From Candidatus Limnocylindrales bacterium (GTDB lineage: Bacteria > Chloroflexota > Limnocylindria > Limnocylindrales > CSP1-4), in NCBI GenBank assembly GCA_038322255.1, contig JBBQFS010000002.1, positions 1 to 37,597 on the forward strand: a stretch of DNA of 37,597 nucleotides, in the 5' to 3' direction. A program made the translations under genes and the position numbers. The notes below the pieces were generated by a model. It was not told the DNA's origin and ran no database searches. It saw only the letters and a list, made by a program, of their open reading frames with translations. Below are positions 7,038 to 16,481 of this stretch, one piece after another (positions within the stretch are counted from its first letter, which is position 1; each line of letters opens with the position of its first letter).

Positions 7038-8156
7038 TTACTTCACGGTCAGGGTGCCGGTCATCCCCGGGACGCCGGGATGCACCGAGCAGAAATACTG
7101 GTAGGTGCCGGCCGCGAGGGGCTTGTAGCTGTAGGTTCCGGTCGAGCCGCCGGGGACCGGCGCCTGGTCGGCGACGACCGACGAGCCATCGGGACTCTTG
7201 ATGTCGACGTCGTGGGTGACCGTGGCCGGGTCCTCGTTCTTGAAGTCGATCACGAACGGGGCGTTGGCCGTTGCTTCGAGCGCGTGCTTGTCGTAGGCGA
7301 TGTTCTTGGCGGCGAGCGCGAGCACCGATGCGCCTGACGGCGCGGGCGCCGGGGTCGCATTCGCGGTCTCGACGAGCTTGGCCAGCCAGGCGTCGTAATC
7401 GGCCGGGGTCATGGCGACCACGCTGAAGAGCATGACTCGGTGCCCGGCCCCGCAGAGCTCGGCGCACTGGCCGTGGAAGGTCTGGCCTGCCTCGTCCTGG
7501 TTCACCGTGAACTCGAAGTGGTTCGTCTGGCCGGGCACGACATCGCGCTTGAACAGGAACCGCGGGACGTACCAGGCGTGGATGACGTCGCCGCTGTCGA
7601 GCGTGACATAGACCTTCTTGCCGACCGGGACGGCCATCCCGCCACCGTCGCCGTTCGGCTTGGTCTGCGTGGCCAGGTGCTTGCCGTCCTTGTCCAGGTA
7701 CTCGAACTGCCACTGGAACTGGCCGGCCAGCACGTGAATGCGGACGTCCGGGCCCGGCGGCGTCTGGGTGATGGCGTCGACGTGGCCAAGCGTCGACCAG
7801 GAGATCGCGAAAAGGTAGAGCACGATCACGGTCGGGATCAGCGTCCAGAGCGCCTCGACGAGGTTGTTGCCGTGGGTCTGGGGCGGGAGGTCGACGTCGC
7901 CCGGGCGGCGGCGGTATCGCAGGATGCTCCAGACGATCAGGCCCTCGACCGCGATGAAGATCACGACGGCGAGCGCGAAGACGATGTCGTACAGCGCGCT
8001 GACTTCGCTCGCCTGGGCGGTCGCCGGCTTCGGCGGGTACAGCGCCGAGCCGGCTCCACTCAGGAAGACCAGCCCGACGATGGCGATCAGCAGGATGACG
8101 ACGCCACCGGCGACGATCGCTTCGGAGGCGGGGCCCTTCCTCGGACTGGTCGACAT
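7038..8156 (-). CDS. ctaC: Cytochrome c oxidase subunit II (CuA) with fused C-terminal type-1 copper cupredoxin domain
   Basis: Part of ORF 7038..8618. Start placed at ATG 8156 (MSTSPRKG..., GAGGAG just upstream); everything upstream is Arg/Pro-rich. Two TM helices, then CuA motifs HAWYVP and CAELCGAGHRVM. An Ala/Pro linker follows, then a ~98-aa domain (about 7041-7334) with TVTHD and YFCSVHPGVPGMTG. Confidence 0.93.
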   Translation of the reverse strand: MSTSPRKGPASEAIVAGGVVILLIAIVGLVFLSGAGSALYPPKPATAQASEVSALYDIVFALAVVIFIAVEGLIVWSILRYRRRPGDVDLPPQTHGNNLVEALWTLIPTVIVLYLFAISWSTLGHVDAITQTPPGPDVRIHVLAGQFQWQFEYLDKDGKHLATQTKPNGDGGGMAVPVGKKVYVTLDSGDVIHAWYVPRFLFKRDVVPGQTNHFEFTVNQDEAGQTFHGQCAELCGAGHRVMLFSVVAMTPADYDAWLAKLVETANATPAPAPSGASVLALAAKNIAYDKHALEATANAPFVIDFKNEDPATVTHDVDIKSPDGSSVVADQAPVPGGSTGTYSYKPLAAGTYQYFCSVHPGVPGMTGTLTVK

Positions 8157-8259
8157 GACTCCTCGGCTGCGTCGTCGGGGCCGGCGCCCGATGCCTGGGA
8201 CGGGGCCTGTCGGGCAGGGAACACGCGAACGGCCGACCCTGGGAGGCCAGCCGGCGGCC

Positions 8260-8265
8260 ATCATA
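8260..8265 (-). promoter_or_regulatory. Candidate -10 box (TATGAT) for the ctaC operon
   Basis: Minus strand reads gcTATGATggc about 100 nt upstream of the ctaC ATG, in the 148-bp divergent ctaC/ctaG intergenic region. No convincing -35. Confidence 0.25.
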
Positions 8266-8304
8266 GCGCGAGGCCCCTGCGGCGCGCCGTGCGACCATGG
8301 CGCC

Positions 8305-9363
8305 GTGCTCATTCGCATCGATCTTCGGGCCCGGTTCGCCACCCTCGCGACGGTCCTGATCGGAGCCGCGCTCGCCTCACCGGCGGTCGCAGCAGCGCAC
8401 GGCACGGTCCCGCCCGATCCGCCGACGCTGGCGAATCTGGTCCTCGCCTGGCTGTTCGATCCGCTGATTGCCGGATCGCTCCTCGCCGCGGCGGTCGGCT
8501 GGGTGCTCCTCGTCGGCCGGGTCGCCCGGCTCCATCCCGGCCGGCCGGTGCCGATCGCTCGATCCGCTGCGTTCCTCGGCGGGCTGGCCGCGATCGCCGT
8601 CGCGCTCCTGTCGGGCATCGAGCGCTACGACACGACGCTCTTTTCGATCCATATGGTTCAGCACCTGCTTCTCATGCTCGTGGCCGCCCCCCTCATCGCC
8701 CTGGCCGCGCCGGTCACGCAGCTCCTTCGGGCGGCCTCGGCCGATGCACGGCGCCGGTTCGTATTGCCGGTGCTGCACTCGACGGCGTTCGCCGCGCTCG
8801 GCCACCCCGTCGTGGCGTGGCTCACCTTCACGCTCGTCCTGTGGGTCAGCCACTTCTCGCCGTTGTTCGACCTGGCCCTCGAGAACCCGGGGATCCACCA
8901 GCTCGAGCACGGCGCGTTCCTGGTTTCGGCCCTGCTCTTCTGGTGGCCGGCCGTCGCGGCCGATCCTGCGCCTCGTCGCCTTGCGTACCCGGCCCGTGCC
9001 GGGTACCTGCTGCTCCAGCTGCCCCTGGGGTCGTTCCTCGGGATGGCGATCCTCTTCGCAGCGACCCCGCTCTACGCCCACTACGCGACGCTCGGCATGC
9101 CCTACGGCATCTCGCCTTTGGCCGACCAGCAACTTGCCGGCGGGATCATGTGGCTGGCAGGCGACGTGGTGCTCATCGCCGCGGTCCTCGCCGTGGTCGC
9201 GGCGTGGATGCGCCACGATCAGCGCGATGCGCCCGCGGCGGACCGCCGAGCTGATGCCCAGCGGGCCGCGATCAACGTGCGTGCCGCGCGGCTTGCTCGC
9301 GGTAAGGCGGCGGGAGCGAGCGCGCCGGGGGCCGAGGCGGACCCACGGATCGCGGCGGACTAG
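8305..9363 (+). CDS. ctaG: Cytochrome c oxidase assembly factor CtaG (Bacillus/caa3_CtaG type membrane protein)
   Basis: Part of ORF 7864..9363. Start placed at in-frame GTG 8305 (VLIRIDLRARFATLATVLIGAALASPAVAAAHG, signal-like). Multi-TM with FSIHMVQHLLLMLVAAPL, HQLEHGAFL, LLFWWP and DQQLAGGIMW, as in the caa3_CtaG family. Divergent from ctaC. Confidence 0.85.
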   Translation: MLIRIDLRARFATLATVLIGAALASPAVAAAHGTVPPDPPTLANLVLAWLFDPLIAGSLLAAAVGWVLLVGRVARLHPGRPVPIARSAAFLGGLAAIAVALLSGIERYDTTLFSIHMVQHLLLMLVAAPLIALAAPVTQLLRAASADARRRFVLPVLHSTAFAALGHPVVAWLTFTLVLWVSHFSPLFDLALENPGIHQLEHGAFLVSALLFWWPAVAADPAPRRLAYPARAGYLLLQLPLGSFLGMAILFAATPLYAHYATLGMPYGISPLADQQLAGGIMWLAGDVVLIAAVLAVVAAWMRHDQRDAPAADRRADAQRAAINVRAARLARGKAAGASAPGAEADPRIAAD

Positions 9364-10433
9364 GGGATCGGCGATTCCAGGAGCTTGAGGTAGACGTCGG
9401 GGTCGACGTTTCCGCCCGAGACCACGGCGACGACAGTTCCCACGAGCCCGTCGATTCCAGCCTCGCGAGCGCGGAAGCGGGCCGCCGCCGGTGCCAGCGC
9501 GCCGGACGGCTCGACGACAAGCCGCGACTCCTCCGCGATCAGGCGGACGCCCGCGGCGATCTCCGCCTCGGGCACGGTCACGATGTCGTCGAGGAGGCGC
9601 GACAGGTGGGCGAAGTTCCGTTCGCCGATGGCCTGCGAGCGGACCCCGTCGGCGATGGTGCTGGTCACCTGCGCCGCGTCCCAGCGCACGACCCGGCCCT
9701 CGCGCAGCGACTCGGCCGCGTCGGCGGCGAGCTCCGGCTCGACCCCGAGGATTCGCGCCGTTGGGTGGAGCGCGCGAATCGCCACGGCGACGCCGCTCGA
9801 GAGGCCACCCCCGCCCACCGGGATCAGCACGGCCGCGAGATCAGGCACGTCCTCGGCGATCTCGAGCCCGAGGGTGCCCTGGCCGGCGATGATCCGGTCG
9901 TCGTCGTACGGCGGGATGAAGACGAGCCCTCGCTCCCGCGCGAGCTCCTCGGCCTTCGCCTCGCGCTCGCTGCTGGCAGGCCCGACCATCACGACCTCGG
10001 CCCCGTCGGCCTCGACCCGGCCGCGCTTGATCGCCGGCGCGTTCGAGGGCATGACGATCACGGCGTGGGTCCGGAGCAGCCGCGCGGCGAGGGCCACGCC
10101 CTGCGCATGGTTGCCCGACGAGTGGGTGACGACGCCGCGGCGGCGCTCGTCGGGCGAGAGCAACGAGATGGCGTGGTACGCGCCCCGGATCTTGAAGGCG
10201 CCGATCGGCTGGAGTGACTCGGCCTTGAGGAGCACACGGGGGCCGCCAGCGCCGGCGAAACCGAAGGGAATCAGGGGCGTTCGAAGGGCCACTCCCGCGA
10301 GATTCGCGGCGGCGCCCCGGATGTCGTCGATCGAAACCAGGCGCTCGTCCCTGCCTTTGTCATCGCCCCCCGTCGCCGGCGGTCCCGAGCCGGCTCGCGC
10401 GGCCGCGATGCGGGTCATGACGTCGCTTTCCAT
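9360..10433 (-). CDS. PLP-dependent threonine/serine dehydratase (fold-type II, short form)
   Basis: ORF 9360..10529. ESLQPIGAFKIRGA (PLP lysine), SSGNHAQG, PVGGGGL. Start placed at ATG 10433, a 1-nt overlap (TGATG) with the upstream DksA-like stop. Confidence 0.85.
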   Translation of the reverse strand: MESDVMTRIAAARAGSGPPATGGDDKGRDERLVSIDDIRGAAANLAGVALRTPLIPFGFAGAGGPRVLLKAESLQPIGAFKIRGAYHAISLLSPDERRRGVVTHSSGNHAQGVALAARLLRTHAVIVMPSNAPAIKRGRVEADGAEVVMVGPASSEREAKAEELARERGLVFIPPYDDDRIIAGQGTLGLEIAEDVPDLAAVLIPVGGGGLSSGVAVAIRALHPTARILGVEPELAADAAESLREGRVVRWDAAQVTSTIADGVRSQAIGERNFAHLSRLLDDIVTVPEAEIAAGVRLIAEESRLVVEPSGALAPAAARFRAREAGIDGLVGTVVAVVSGGNVDPDVYLKLLESPIP

Positions 10434-10774
10434 CAGCGCGCGGTCTTTCGCGCGCAATCGATGCAGGTCGGCGCCCACGGGATCGCCTCGAGTCGCTCCG
10501 GGGCAATCGGCTGGCCACAGCTGGCGCACGTCCCGTACGTGCCGTCGTCGAGGGCACGGAGCGCAGCGTCGACGCGCGTGAGCTCGGCCCGTGAGCGCTC
10601 CCGGAGCGCGAGGTCACGCTGCTGGGTGAACACCTGGCTGGCGGCAGCGGCCTGGGAGCCGTAGGTCATCTGGTCGGGGCCCTCGATCGGCTCGCCGAGC
10701 TCGTCGAGGAGCCGGCGGCGTTCGTCCTCGAGGCTCGTCCGGGCGCCGTCACGATCGATGCTCGGCGCGGCCAT
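10433..10774 (-). CDS. DksA/TraR-family C4 zinc-finger protein
   Basis: ORF 10433..10903. Start placed at ATG 10774 (MAAPSIDRDG...). C-terminal CASCGQPIAPERLEAIPWAPTCIDC four-Cys finger preceded by a coiled-coil-like region. Confidence 0.8.
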   Translation of the reverse strand: MAAPSIDRDGARTSLEDERRRLLDELGEPIEGPDQMTYGSQAAAASQVFTQQRDLALRERSRAELTRVDAALRALDDGTYGTCASCGQPIAPERLEAIPWAPTCIDCARKTAR

Positions 10775-10780
10775 CGATCG

Positions 10781-10786
10781 ATCGTA
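10781..10786 (-). promoter_or_regulatory. Candidate -10 box (TACGAT) exactly 6 nt upstream of the DksA-like ATG (leaderless geometry)
   Basis: Minus strand reads ctgcTACGATcgatcgATG. No Shine-Dalgarno sequence is present. Confidence 0.4.
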
Positions 10787-10871
10787 GCAGCGGCTCTCCA
10801 GGAGGCAGGCCCTGCGCCCCCACCCCGCCAGAAGCGGCTCGAGGCGGCAGCGCGTCAAGGCGGCGCCGCTG

Positions 10872-11675
10872 CTACAGGCGGGCGCCGGCAGTCTCCGCGC
10901 CACTGATCCGCTGCGCGAGCCAGACCGGGAAGACGCTTGCCAGGATCAGCACGAAGGCGACGACGTTCACGACCGGCAGCTCGTTCGGGCGCTGGATCGC
11001 GCTAAGGATCCAGAGCGGGACGGTCTGGGTTCCGGGTCCGGCCGTGAAGTTCGTGACGATGATCTCGTCGAACGAGAGCGCGAACGCCAGCAGCGCCCCC
11101 GACAGGAGCGCGGTCCCGAGCCGCGGTGCCGTCACCCGCCGGAACGTCGTCCATATGTCCGCGCCGAGGTCGCTCGATGCCTCCTCCGGCGAGGACGGCA
11201 GGCGGCGAAGACGGGCGATGACGTTGTTGTAGACGATGACCACGCAGAACGTGGCGTGCCCGACGATCACGGTCATCAGCCCGAGGTTGATGTCAAAGGT
11301 CTTGAAGGTGCGTTGCAGGGCGATGCCCGTGACGACGCCCGGCAGCGCGATCGGCAGGACCAGCAGGAACGACACGGTCTCCCGCCCGAAGAAGCGGAAG
11401 CGGTGGACCGCGAGCGCCGCCATGGTCCCGAGCACCAGCGCGAGCACCGTGGCGACACTGCCGGCGATGAGCGAGGTCGTGACCGCCTTGATCACGCCCG
11501 GATTCGAGGCCGCCTCGCCGAACCAGCGCAACGAGAACCCGGCGGGCGGCCAGGCCTGGATGCGGCTGTCGTTGAACGCATAGATCGCGAGGACGACGAG
11601 GGGCAGGTAGAGGAATGCGAGCACGAGCGCACTCGCGATCCGGAGCGCGATCCGGATGGCCCTCGACTCAATCAT
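10872..11675 (-). CDS. ABC importer permease (PotC-like, binding-protein-dependent transport family)
   Basis: 267-aa six-TM ORF with the EAA-loop region (EEASSDLGADIWTTFRRVTAPRL). Confidence 0.85.
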   Translation of the reverse strand: MIESRAIRIALRIASALVLAFLYLPLVVLAIYAFNDSRIQAWPPAGFSLRWFGEAASNPGVIKAVTTSLIAGSVATVLALVLGTMAALAVHRFRFFGRETVSFLLVLPIALPGVVTGIALQRTFKTFDINLGLMTVIVGHATFCVVIVYNNVIARLRRLPSSPEEASSDLGADIWTTFRRVTAPRLGTALLSGALLAFALSFDEIIVTNFTAGPGTQTVPLWILSAIQRPNELPVVNVVAFVLILASVFPVWLAQRISGAETAGARL

Positions 11676-11684
11676 CGCCGGCCC

Positions 11685-12632
11685 TCACAGCGAGGCGAAC
11701 GCGCCGAGCCTGCGGGCGGTGAGCAGGTAGACGGTCATGATCGCGATGGGCAACATCGAGTAGGCCGCCGCCAGCGGCGGATTGCCGAGCGCCGAGTTGT
11801 CGTAGATGACGTTGCCGATGAACTTCGCGTCCGAGACGAGGTCGGGCGTGATGTAGTCCCCGAGCGTCAGCGAAAAGGTGAAGATCGAGCCCGCGACGAG
11901 GGCCGGGAAGACGAGTGGCAGGAGCACCCGTCGAAAGGTCGTGCCCGCCCGACCACCGAGGTCGGCCGACGCCTCCAGAAACGAGCGCGGGATCCGCTCC
12001 AGGCCGGCATAAACCGGTACGATCATGTATGGCAGCCAGAGGTAGCTGAGCACCAGCCACGAGTTGGCAAGGCTCTTGAGCCCCTGGCTCTCGATCCCGA
12101 ATGGGGTCAACACCCACTCGAGCAGGCCGTTGCCCTGCAGGATCGTCCGCCACGCGTAGACCTTGACGAGGTACGCCGCCCAGAGCGGCAGCAGGACCGC
12201 GATGACGAGCGCATTGCGCGTCCGCGGCGAGGCGATCCGGGCCATGTAGTAGGCGATTGGGAAGGCCAGCAATGCGTCGGTTACCGTGACCAGCGCGGCC
12301 ATCCCGATGGTCCGCAACGCCACGGTCCGGTAGACGTCGCCGCCGAGCAGAAGCTCGAAGGCGCGGAGGCTCCACGTGAAGGGCTCGACGTTGCCGGTGA
12401 AGGGATCCTTCGTCCAGAACGCGCTCAGCAGCAGGATGAACAGCGAGCCCAGGTAGGCGATCGCCAGCCAGCCGAGGGGCGTGCCGAGGAGGAGCCCGAG
12501 CTGGACCCTGCGGCGCCCGTGCAGCCAGATCGCCAGCCGTCGCCGCAGACCGGGCGCCGCGCGCGGCACAGGCGGGTCGCGCCCCTCAGGCGCCTCCCGC
12601 TGCTCCCTCGGCCTCGAGACGTCGGTGGTCAT
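11685..12632 (-). CDS. ABC importer permease (PotB-like)
   Basis: 315-aa ORF, multi-TM, EAA loop LEASADLGGRAGTTFRRVLLPLVFPAL. 9-nt gap to the next permease. Confidence 0.85.
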   Translation of the reverse strand: MTTDVSRPREQREAPEGRDPPVPRAAPGLRRRLAIWLHGRRRVQLGLLLGTPLGWLAIAYLGSLFILLLSAFWTKDPFTGNVEPFTWSLRAFELLLGGDVYRTVALRTIGMAALVTVTDALLAFPIAYYMARIASPRTRNALVIAVLLPLWAAYLVKVYAWRTILQGNGLLEWVLTPFGIESQGLKSLANSWLVLSYLWLPYMIVPVYAGLERIPRSFLEASADLGGRAGTTFRRVLLPLVFPALVAGSIFTFSLTLGDYITPDLVSDAKFIGNVIYDNSALGNPPLAAAYSMLPIAIMTVYLLTARRLGAFASL

Positions 12633-12724
12633 TCTTCAGGCAGCCGGCCGCCTTCGGGCTCCAGACGATGAAGGGCTCCCCGTCTGCCCGGGGAGCCCTT
12701 CTCGCTCAGAACCCTCGCGTCGGC

Positions 12725-13975
12725 TCAGCCGCCGCGAAGCGTCGTCCACGCGCTGACCCAGTCGTCCTGGCTTACGCACGTGGTGGCCGCGTCGGTGTCG
12801 GCGCAATCGGTCTGGGGCGTGGCCCAGTAGTGGACCTTGGCGTAGTAGGCCTCGTCCGTCGCGTGGGTTTGCGCGCAGTGGCCCGGGGCGATGGTCTCGG
12901 CGTAGGCGCATGCCTCCGGGCTGGTCGGGGCCTCGCCGAACCAGACCGTGGCCTGGCCGTTGGCCTGGGCCGACATCATGTGGTTCATCCACAGGTACAT
13001 GCAGTTCGGGTGAGCTGCCTTCTTCGCGATCATCCAGGTGTCCGACCAACCCGTCGAGCCCTCGTCGGGGAAGACAGCCTGGATCGGCTGCTTGTCGGTT
13101 TGGAGCAGGTTGACCTGATACTGCCACGTCGTCCCGATGACGACGTCACCCGAGGTGTACGAAGCGACCTGATCGGTGACGCCCGACCAGTAGGTCGGCT
13201 GGTTGGCGTTGAGCGCCTGCAGCAGCGCGACGGCTGCGTCGAACTGTGGCTTGGTCAGCTGGTAGGGATCCTTGATCCCGAGATCGGGCTTCGTCCGCAT
13301 CAGGTGCAGTGCCGCGTCCGCGATGAAGATCGACGAGTCGTAGATGCTGATCTTGCCCTTGTACGCGGAGCCACCTTCCCAGATCGGATCCCAGTTCGTC
13401 GGGGCCGGAGTGATCTTGCCGGTGTTGTAGCCGATAAGGTTCGGGCCGCGCCCATGCGGTACGCCGTAGCTGATGCCGTTCACGGTGTTGTGGGGCAGGC
13501 CCTTGAGGCCTGCGAAGACCTTGGCGTAATTGCTGAGCAGGGCCGTGTTGACCGGGGCCACGATTCCGCCCTGGATCAGGCGCGCCGTGGCATCGCCCGA
13601 CGCGGAGATGCCGTCGTACTGGCCCGATTGCATGAGCGAGACGCCGTTGTTCGAATCGGACATGTCCGTCGTCGTCACCTTGCAGCTCGTCGCGGTCTCG
13701 AACGGGGTCACCCAGTCGTAGGCCTTGTCGACCGCGCCGCGCTCCGCATAGCCGGCCCAGATGACGAGGTTCAGGGAGCCTTCGCCCGGACCGACCGCGC
13801 TGGGCAGCTCGACGGTGGGCGCGGCGGCGGTCGGCGCAGCCCCGGTCGCCGCCGCTCCTGTCGGCGCGGCACCGGTGGCCGCGGCCGTCGGCGCGGTGCT
13901 GCTCGCGGCGGGGCCGCACGCTGCGGCCACCAGGGCCACGACCGCCAGGACCCCTCCGAATCTTCGCTGGAACAT
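12725..13975 (-). CDS. ABC importer substrate-binding lipoprotein (PotD/PotF-like family 1 SBP)
   Basis: ORF 12725..14041. Start placed at ATG 13975 (MFQRRFGGVLAVVALVAAAC, lipobox) with GAGAGGAGGAG upstream. Ala/Thr/Pro low-complexity linker, then an SBP-like body (LNLVIWAGYAE...). Confidence 0.85.
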   Translation of the reverse strand: MFQRRFGGVLAVVALVAAACGPAASSTAPTAAATGAAPTGAAATGAAPTAAAPTVELPSAVGPGEGSLNLVIWAGYAERGAVDKAYDWVTPFETATSCKVTTTDMSDSNNGVSLMQSGQYDGISASGDATARLIQGGIVAPVNTALLSNYAKVFAGLKGLPHNTVNGISYGVPHGRGPNLIGYNTGKITPAPTNWDPIWEGGSAYKGKISIYDSSIFIADAALHLMRTKPDLGIKDPYQLTKPQFDAAVALLQALNANQPTYWSGVTDQVASYTSGDVVIGTTWQYQVNLLQTDKQPIQAVFPDEGSTGWSDTWMIAKKAAHPNCMYLWMNHMMSAQANGQATVWFGEAPTSPEACAYAETIAPGHCAQTHATDEAYYAKVHYWATPQTDCADTDAATTCVSQDDWVSAWTTLRGG

Positions 13976-14004
13976 GTCTCCTCCTCTCAGCGCGGACTCG
14001 AACG

Positions 14005-15141
14005 TCACTCGTTGACGCGGAGCACGTGCTGTCGCTTCCATACCAGCCGCACGGGTCGACCCTGCGCGGCCAGCACCTCCATGGATGATGTGTTCAGGTT
14101 CTGCTGCGTAACGACCAGATCCGAGCCGGCGTCGAGCGTGACGATGTAGCGCGTGTCCGGCCCGAGATAGACGACATTGCGGATGGTGCCATCCGCGCCC
14201 ACCTCGTCGTCGGCGACGGCCGCGCCCGGATCCGTGATCCGGATCTTCTCGGGGCGCACCGTAAACAGCCCGACGATGCCGACCAGCGCTCGAGCTGCCT
14301 CGCCGCGCAGCAGGTTCGAGGTCCCGACGAACCCCGCGACGAACGCGGTTGACGGGCGCTCGTAAAGGTCGGCCGGCGTTCCGACCTGCTCGATCCGCCC
14401 ACCGTTGAACACCGCAAGGCGGTCGCTCATCGTGAGCGCCTCCTCCTGGTCGTGGGTGACGTAGACGAACGTGATCCGGACCTCGCGCTGGATCGCCTTG
14501 AGCTCCAGCTGCATCTCCTCGCGGAGCTTCAGGTCGAGGGCACCGAGGGGCTCGTCGAGGAGCAGGACGCGGGGGCGATTCACGAGTGCCCGCGCGAGCG
14601 CGACGCGCTGACGCTGGCCGCCGGAAAGCTGTGACGGCTTGCGGCGCTCGTAGCCCGTCAGGCGAACCATGCCCATGGCTTCGGCGACGCGCCGCTCGCG
14701 ATCGGCGCGTGGCACCTTGCGCACCACGAGGCCGTAGGCCACGTTCTCGCCGACGGTCATGTGCGGGAACAGCGCGTAGTCCTGAAAGACCGTATTCACG
14801 TCGCGCTCGAACGGCGGCCGGCTCGTGACGTCCTCGCCCTGCAGCCAGACGCGCCCCTCGGTGGGCAGCTCGAACCCGGCGATCAACCGGAGCGTCGTCG
14901 TCTTTCCCGAGCCCGACGGTCCCAGCATCGAGAAGAACTCGCCGTCGGCGATCTCGAGGTCGATCCCGTCGACGGCCGTGACGTCGCCGCCGGCCACCGT
15001 CGCGGTCTGGCCCTTCGAGCGCGCGACGCGCCGGCCGGCCTCGCCGGAGAAGCGCTTCACGAGATGCTCGAGGCGAACCGCCGCCGGGGCGCTGGGCGGC
15101 GCGGCCACCGTCGAAGGGTCCTGGTGCGTGCGGGTGGCCAA
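14005..15141 (-). CDS. ABC importer ATP-binding protein (PotA-like with C-terminal TOBE-type domain)
   Basis: 3-prime part of the 748-aa ORF 14005..16251. Walker [36 protein letters not shown]. Start placed at TTG 15141, preceded by GAGGAG and a 4-nt spacer. The ORF upstream of that overlaps fdxA/proC on the other strand and is Arg-rich. Confidence 0.88.
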   Translation of the reverse strand: MATRTHQDPSTVAAPPSAPAAVRLEHLVKRFSGEAGRRVARSKGQTATVAGGDVTAVDGIDLEIADGEFFSMLGPSGSGKTTTLRLIAGFELPTEGRVWLQGEDVTSRPPFERDVNTVFQDYALFPHMTVGENVAYGLVVRKVPRADRERRVAEAMGMVRLTGYERRKPSQLSGGQRQRVALARALVNRPRVLLLDEPLGALDLKLREEMQLELKAIQREVRITFVYVTHDQEEALTMSDRLAVFNGGRIEQVGTPADLYERPSTAFVAGFVGTSNLLRGEAARALVGIVGLFTVRPEKIRITDPGAAVADDEVGADGTIRNVVYLGPDTRYIVTLDAGSDLVVTQQNLNTSSMEVLAAQGRPVRLVWKRQHVLRVNE

Positions 15142-15285
15142 GCGACTCCTCGTACGGGTCCCGTCGACTGATCGCAGAGCCGGAGTGTCCGGGCGCGGCC
15201 GACGCGATGTCAAGGCCGCGCGAGCCGGTGCTACCCTCACGGCGCCGATCGGGCGCGTGTTCAGTCGAGAGGAGTCCAGCGTCAG

Positions 15286-15573
15286 ATGACCTACGTCATC
15301 GCCGAGCCCTGCATCGATGTCCTGGACATCTCGTGCGTCTCGGTCTGCCCTGTCGACTGCATCCACTATGAGGAAGGCGTCGATCGCAAGCTGTTCATCG
15401 ACCCGAACGAGTGCATTGACTGCGGCGCCTGCGAGCCCGAGTGCCCGGTGAACGCGATCTTTCCCGAGGATCAGATCCCCACAGAGTGGGCGAACTACAC
15501 CGTGATCGACGCGACGTGGTTCACCGATCGCGATGCCGCGCGTGCGGCGGTGGACGCCGCCAAACCTCGCTGA
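15286..15573 (+). CDS. fdxA: 7Fe-type ferredoxin (3Fe-4S plus 4Fe-4S)
   Basis: 95-aa [30 protein letters not shown]...[16 protein letters not shown] is the classic FdxA cysteine pattern. GAGAGGAG upstream. Confidence 0.93.
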   Translation: MTYVIAEPCIDVLDISCVSVCPVDCIHYEEGVDRKLFIDPNECIDCGACEPECPVNAIFPEDQIPTEWANYTVIDATWFTDRDAARAAVDAAKPR

Positions 15574-15576
15574 CCC

Positions 15577-16464
15577 ATGTCTTCGCTCGCGAGTCGCACC
15601 ATTGCAACCGTCGGCTCCGGCGTCATGGCCGAGGCGATCATCGCCGGCCTGCTCCGGGGCAAGCTCGTGTCGCCCGAGCAGATCGTGGCCAGCCACCCTC
15701 GGGCGGATCGGCGCGAGGCACTGGTCCGGACCCACGGTGTCCGGACGGTCGATTCCAATGCCGCCGCGATCGAGGGCGCGGACGTCGTGCTCCTGGCGAT
15801 CAAGCCGCAGATGCTCGCGCGGGTCGGGCGCGAGATTCGAGGTCGACTCAAACCGGGCCAGCTCGTGATCAGCATCCTGGCGGGCGCGACAACCCGGGCC
15901 CTGATGGGCCACCTCGGGCATCGGGAGGTGGTGCGCAGCATGCCCAACACGCCCGCGCAGCTCGGTCGCGGGATGACGGTCTGGTACGCGACGCCCGAGA
16001 CCTCTGCCGAGCAGCGGATGCAGGCCGCGGCTCTCCTCGGGGCCCTCGGCGTCCAGATCGAGGTCGATGACGAGCGCCTCGTCGCAATGGCCACCGCGGT
16101 CTCCGGCACCGGCCCAACCTACGTCTTCCTGGTCATGGAGGCACTGATCGACGCGGCGGTGCATCTCGGGTTCGCCCGACACGTGGCCCACGACCTCGTC
16201 ATCGAGACGCTCGAAGGCAGCACGCTCTTCGCCAAGCAGTCGGGCATGCATCCCGCGGAGCTCCGGAACATGGTCACGTCACCCGGGGGCACCAGCGCGG
16301 CAGCGCTTCACGAGCTCGAATCGGGTCGGCTTCGGACTGTCCTATCCGAGGCTGTCTGGGCGGCGTTCCGCCGAACGGTCGAGCTCGGTGAGCAGCTCGA
16401 GGTCGGCGTACCGCCGGAATCCGAGCTGCCGGCGCGCCGCGTGGAGGCAGCCGAGCCGATCTGA
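15577..16464 (+). CDS. proC: Pyrroline-5-carboxylate reductase
   Basis: 295-aa ORF. N-terminal Rossmann [31 protein letters not shown] and [12 protein letters not shown] motifs. Confidence 0.93.
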   Translation: MSSLASRTIATVGSGVMAEAIIAGLLRGKLVSPEQIVASHPRADRREALVRTHGVRTVDSNAAAIEGADVVLLAIKPQMLARVGREIRGRLKPGQLVISILAGATTRALMGHLGHREVVRSMPNTPAQLGRGMTVWYATPETSAEQRMQAAALLGALGVQIEVDDERLVAMATAVSGTGPTYVFLVMEALIDAAVHLGFARHVAHDLVIETLEGSTLFAKQSGMHPAELRNMVTSPGGTSAAALHELESGRLRTVLSEAVWAAFRRTVELGEQLEVGVPPESELPARRVEAAEPI

Positions 16465-16481
16465 TCCGAATCGGCGGCCGA

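Noticed and set aside
7440-9254. 604-aa plus-strand ORF spanning ctaC antisense and ctaG out of frame (also 7006..8298 minus and 8377..9216 minus)
   Set aside because: The composition is extremely Arg/Pro/Gly-rich with no motifs. It overlaps well-supported genes, which is the typical shadow-ORF artefact of about 70% GC DNA.
15142-16251. N-terminal 370-aa extension of the 748-aa ORF 14005..16251
   Set aside because: It runs antisense through fdxA and proC, is Arg/His/Asp-rich and lacks motifs. The ABC ATPase begins at a TTG with a good GAGGAG site at 15141.
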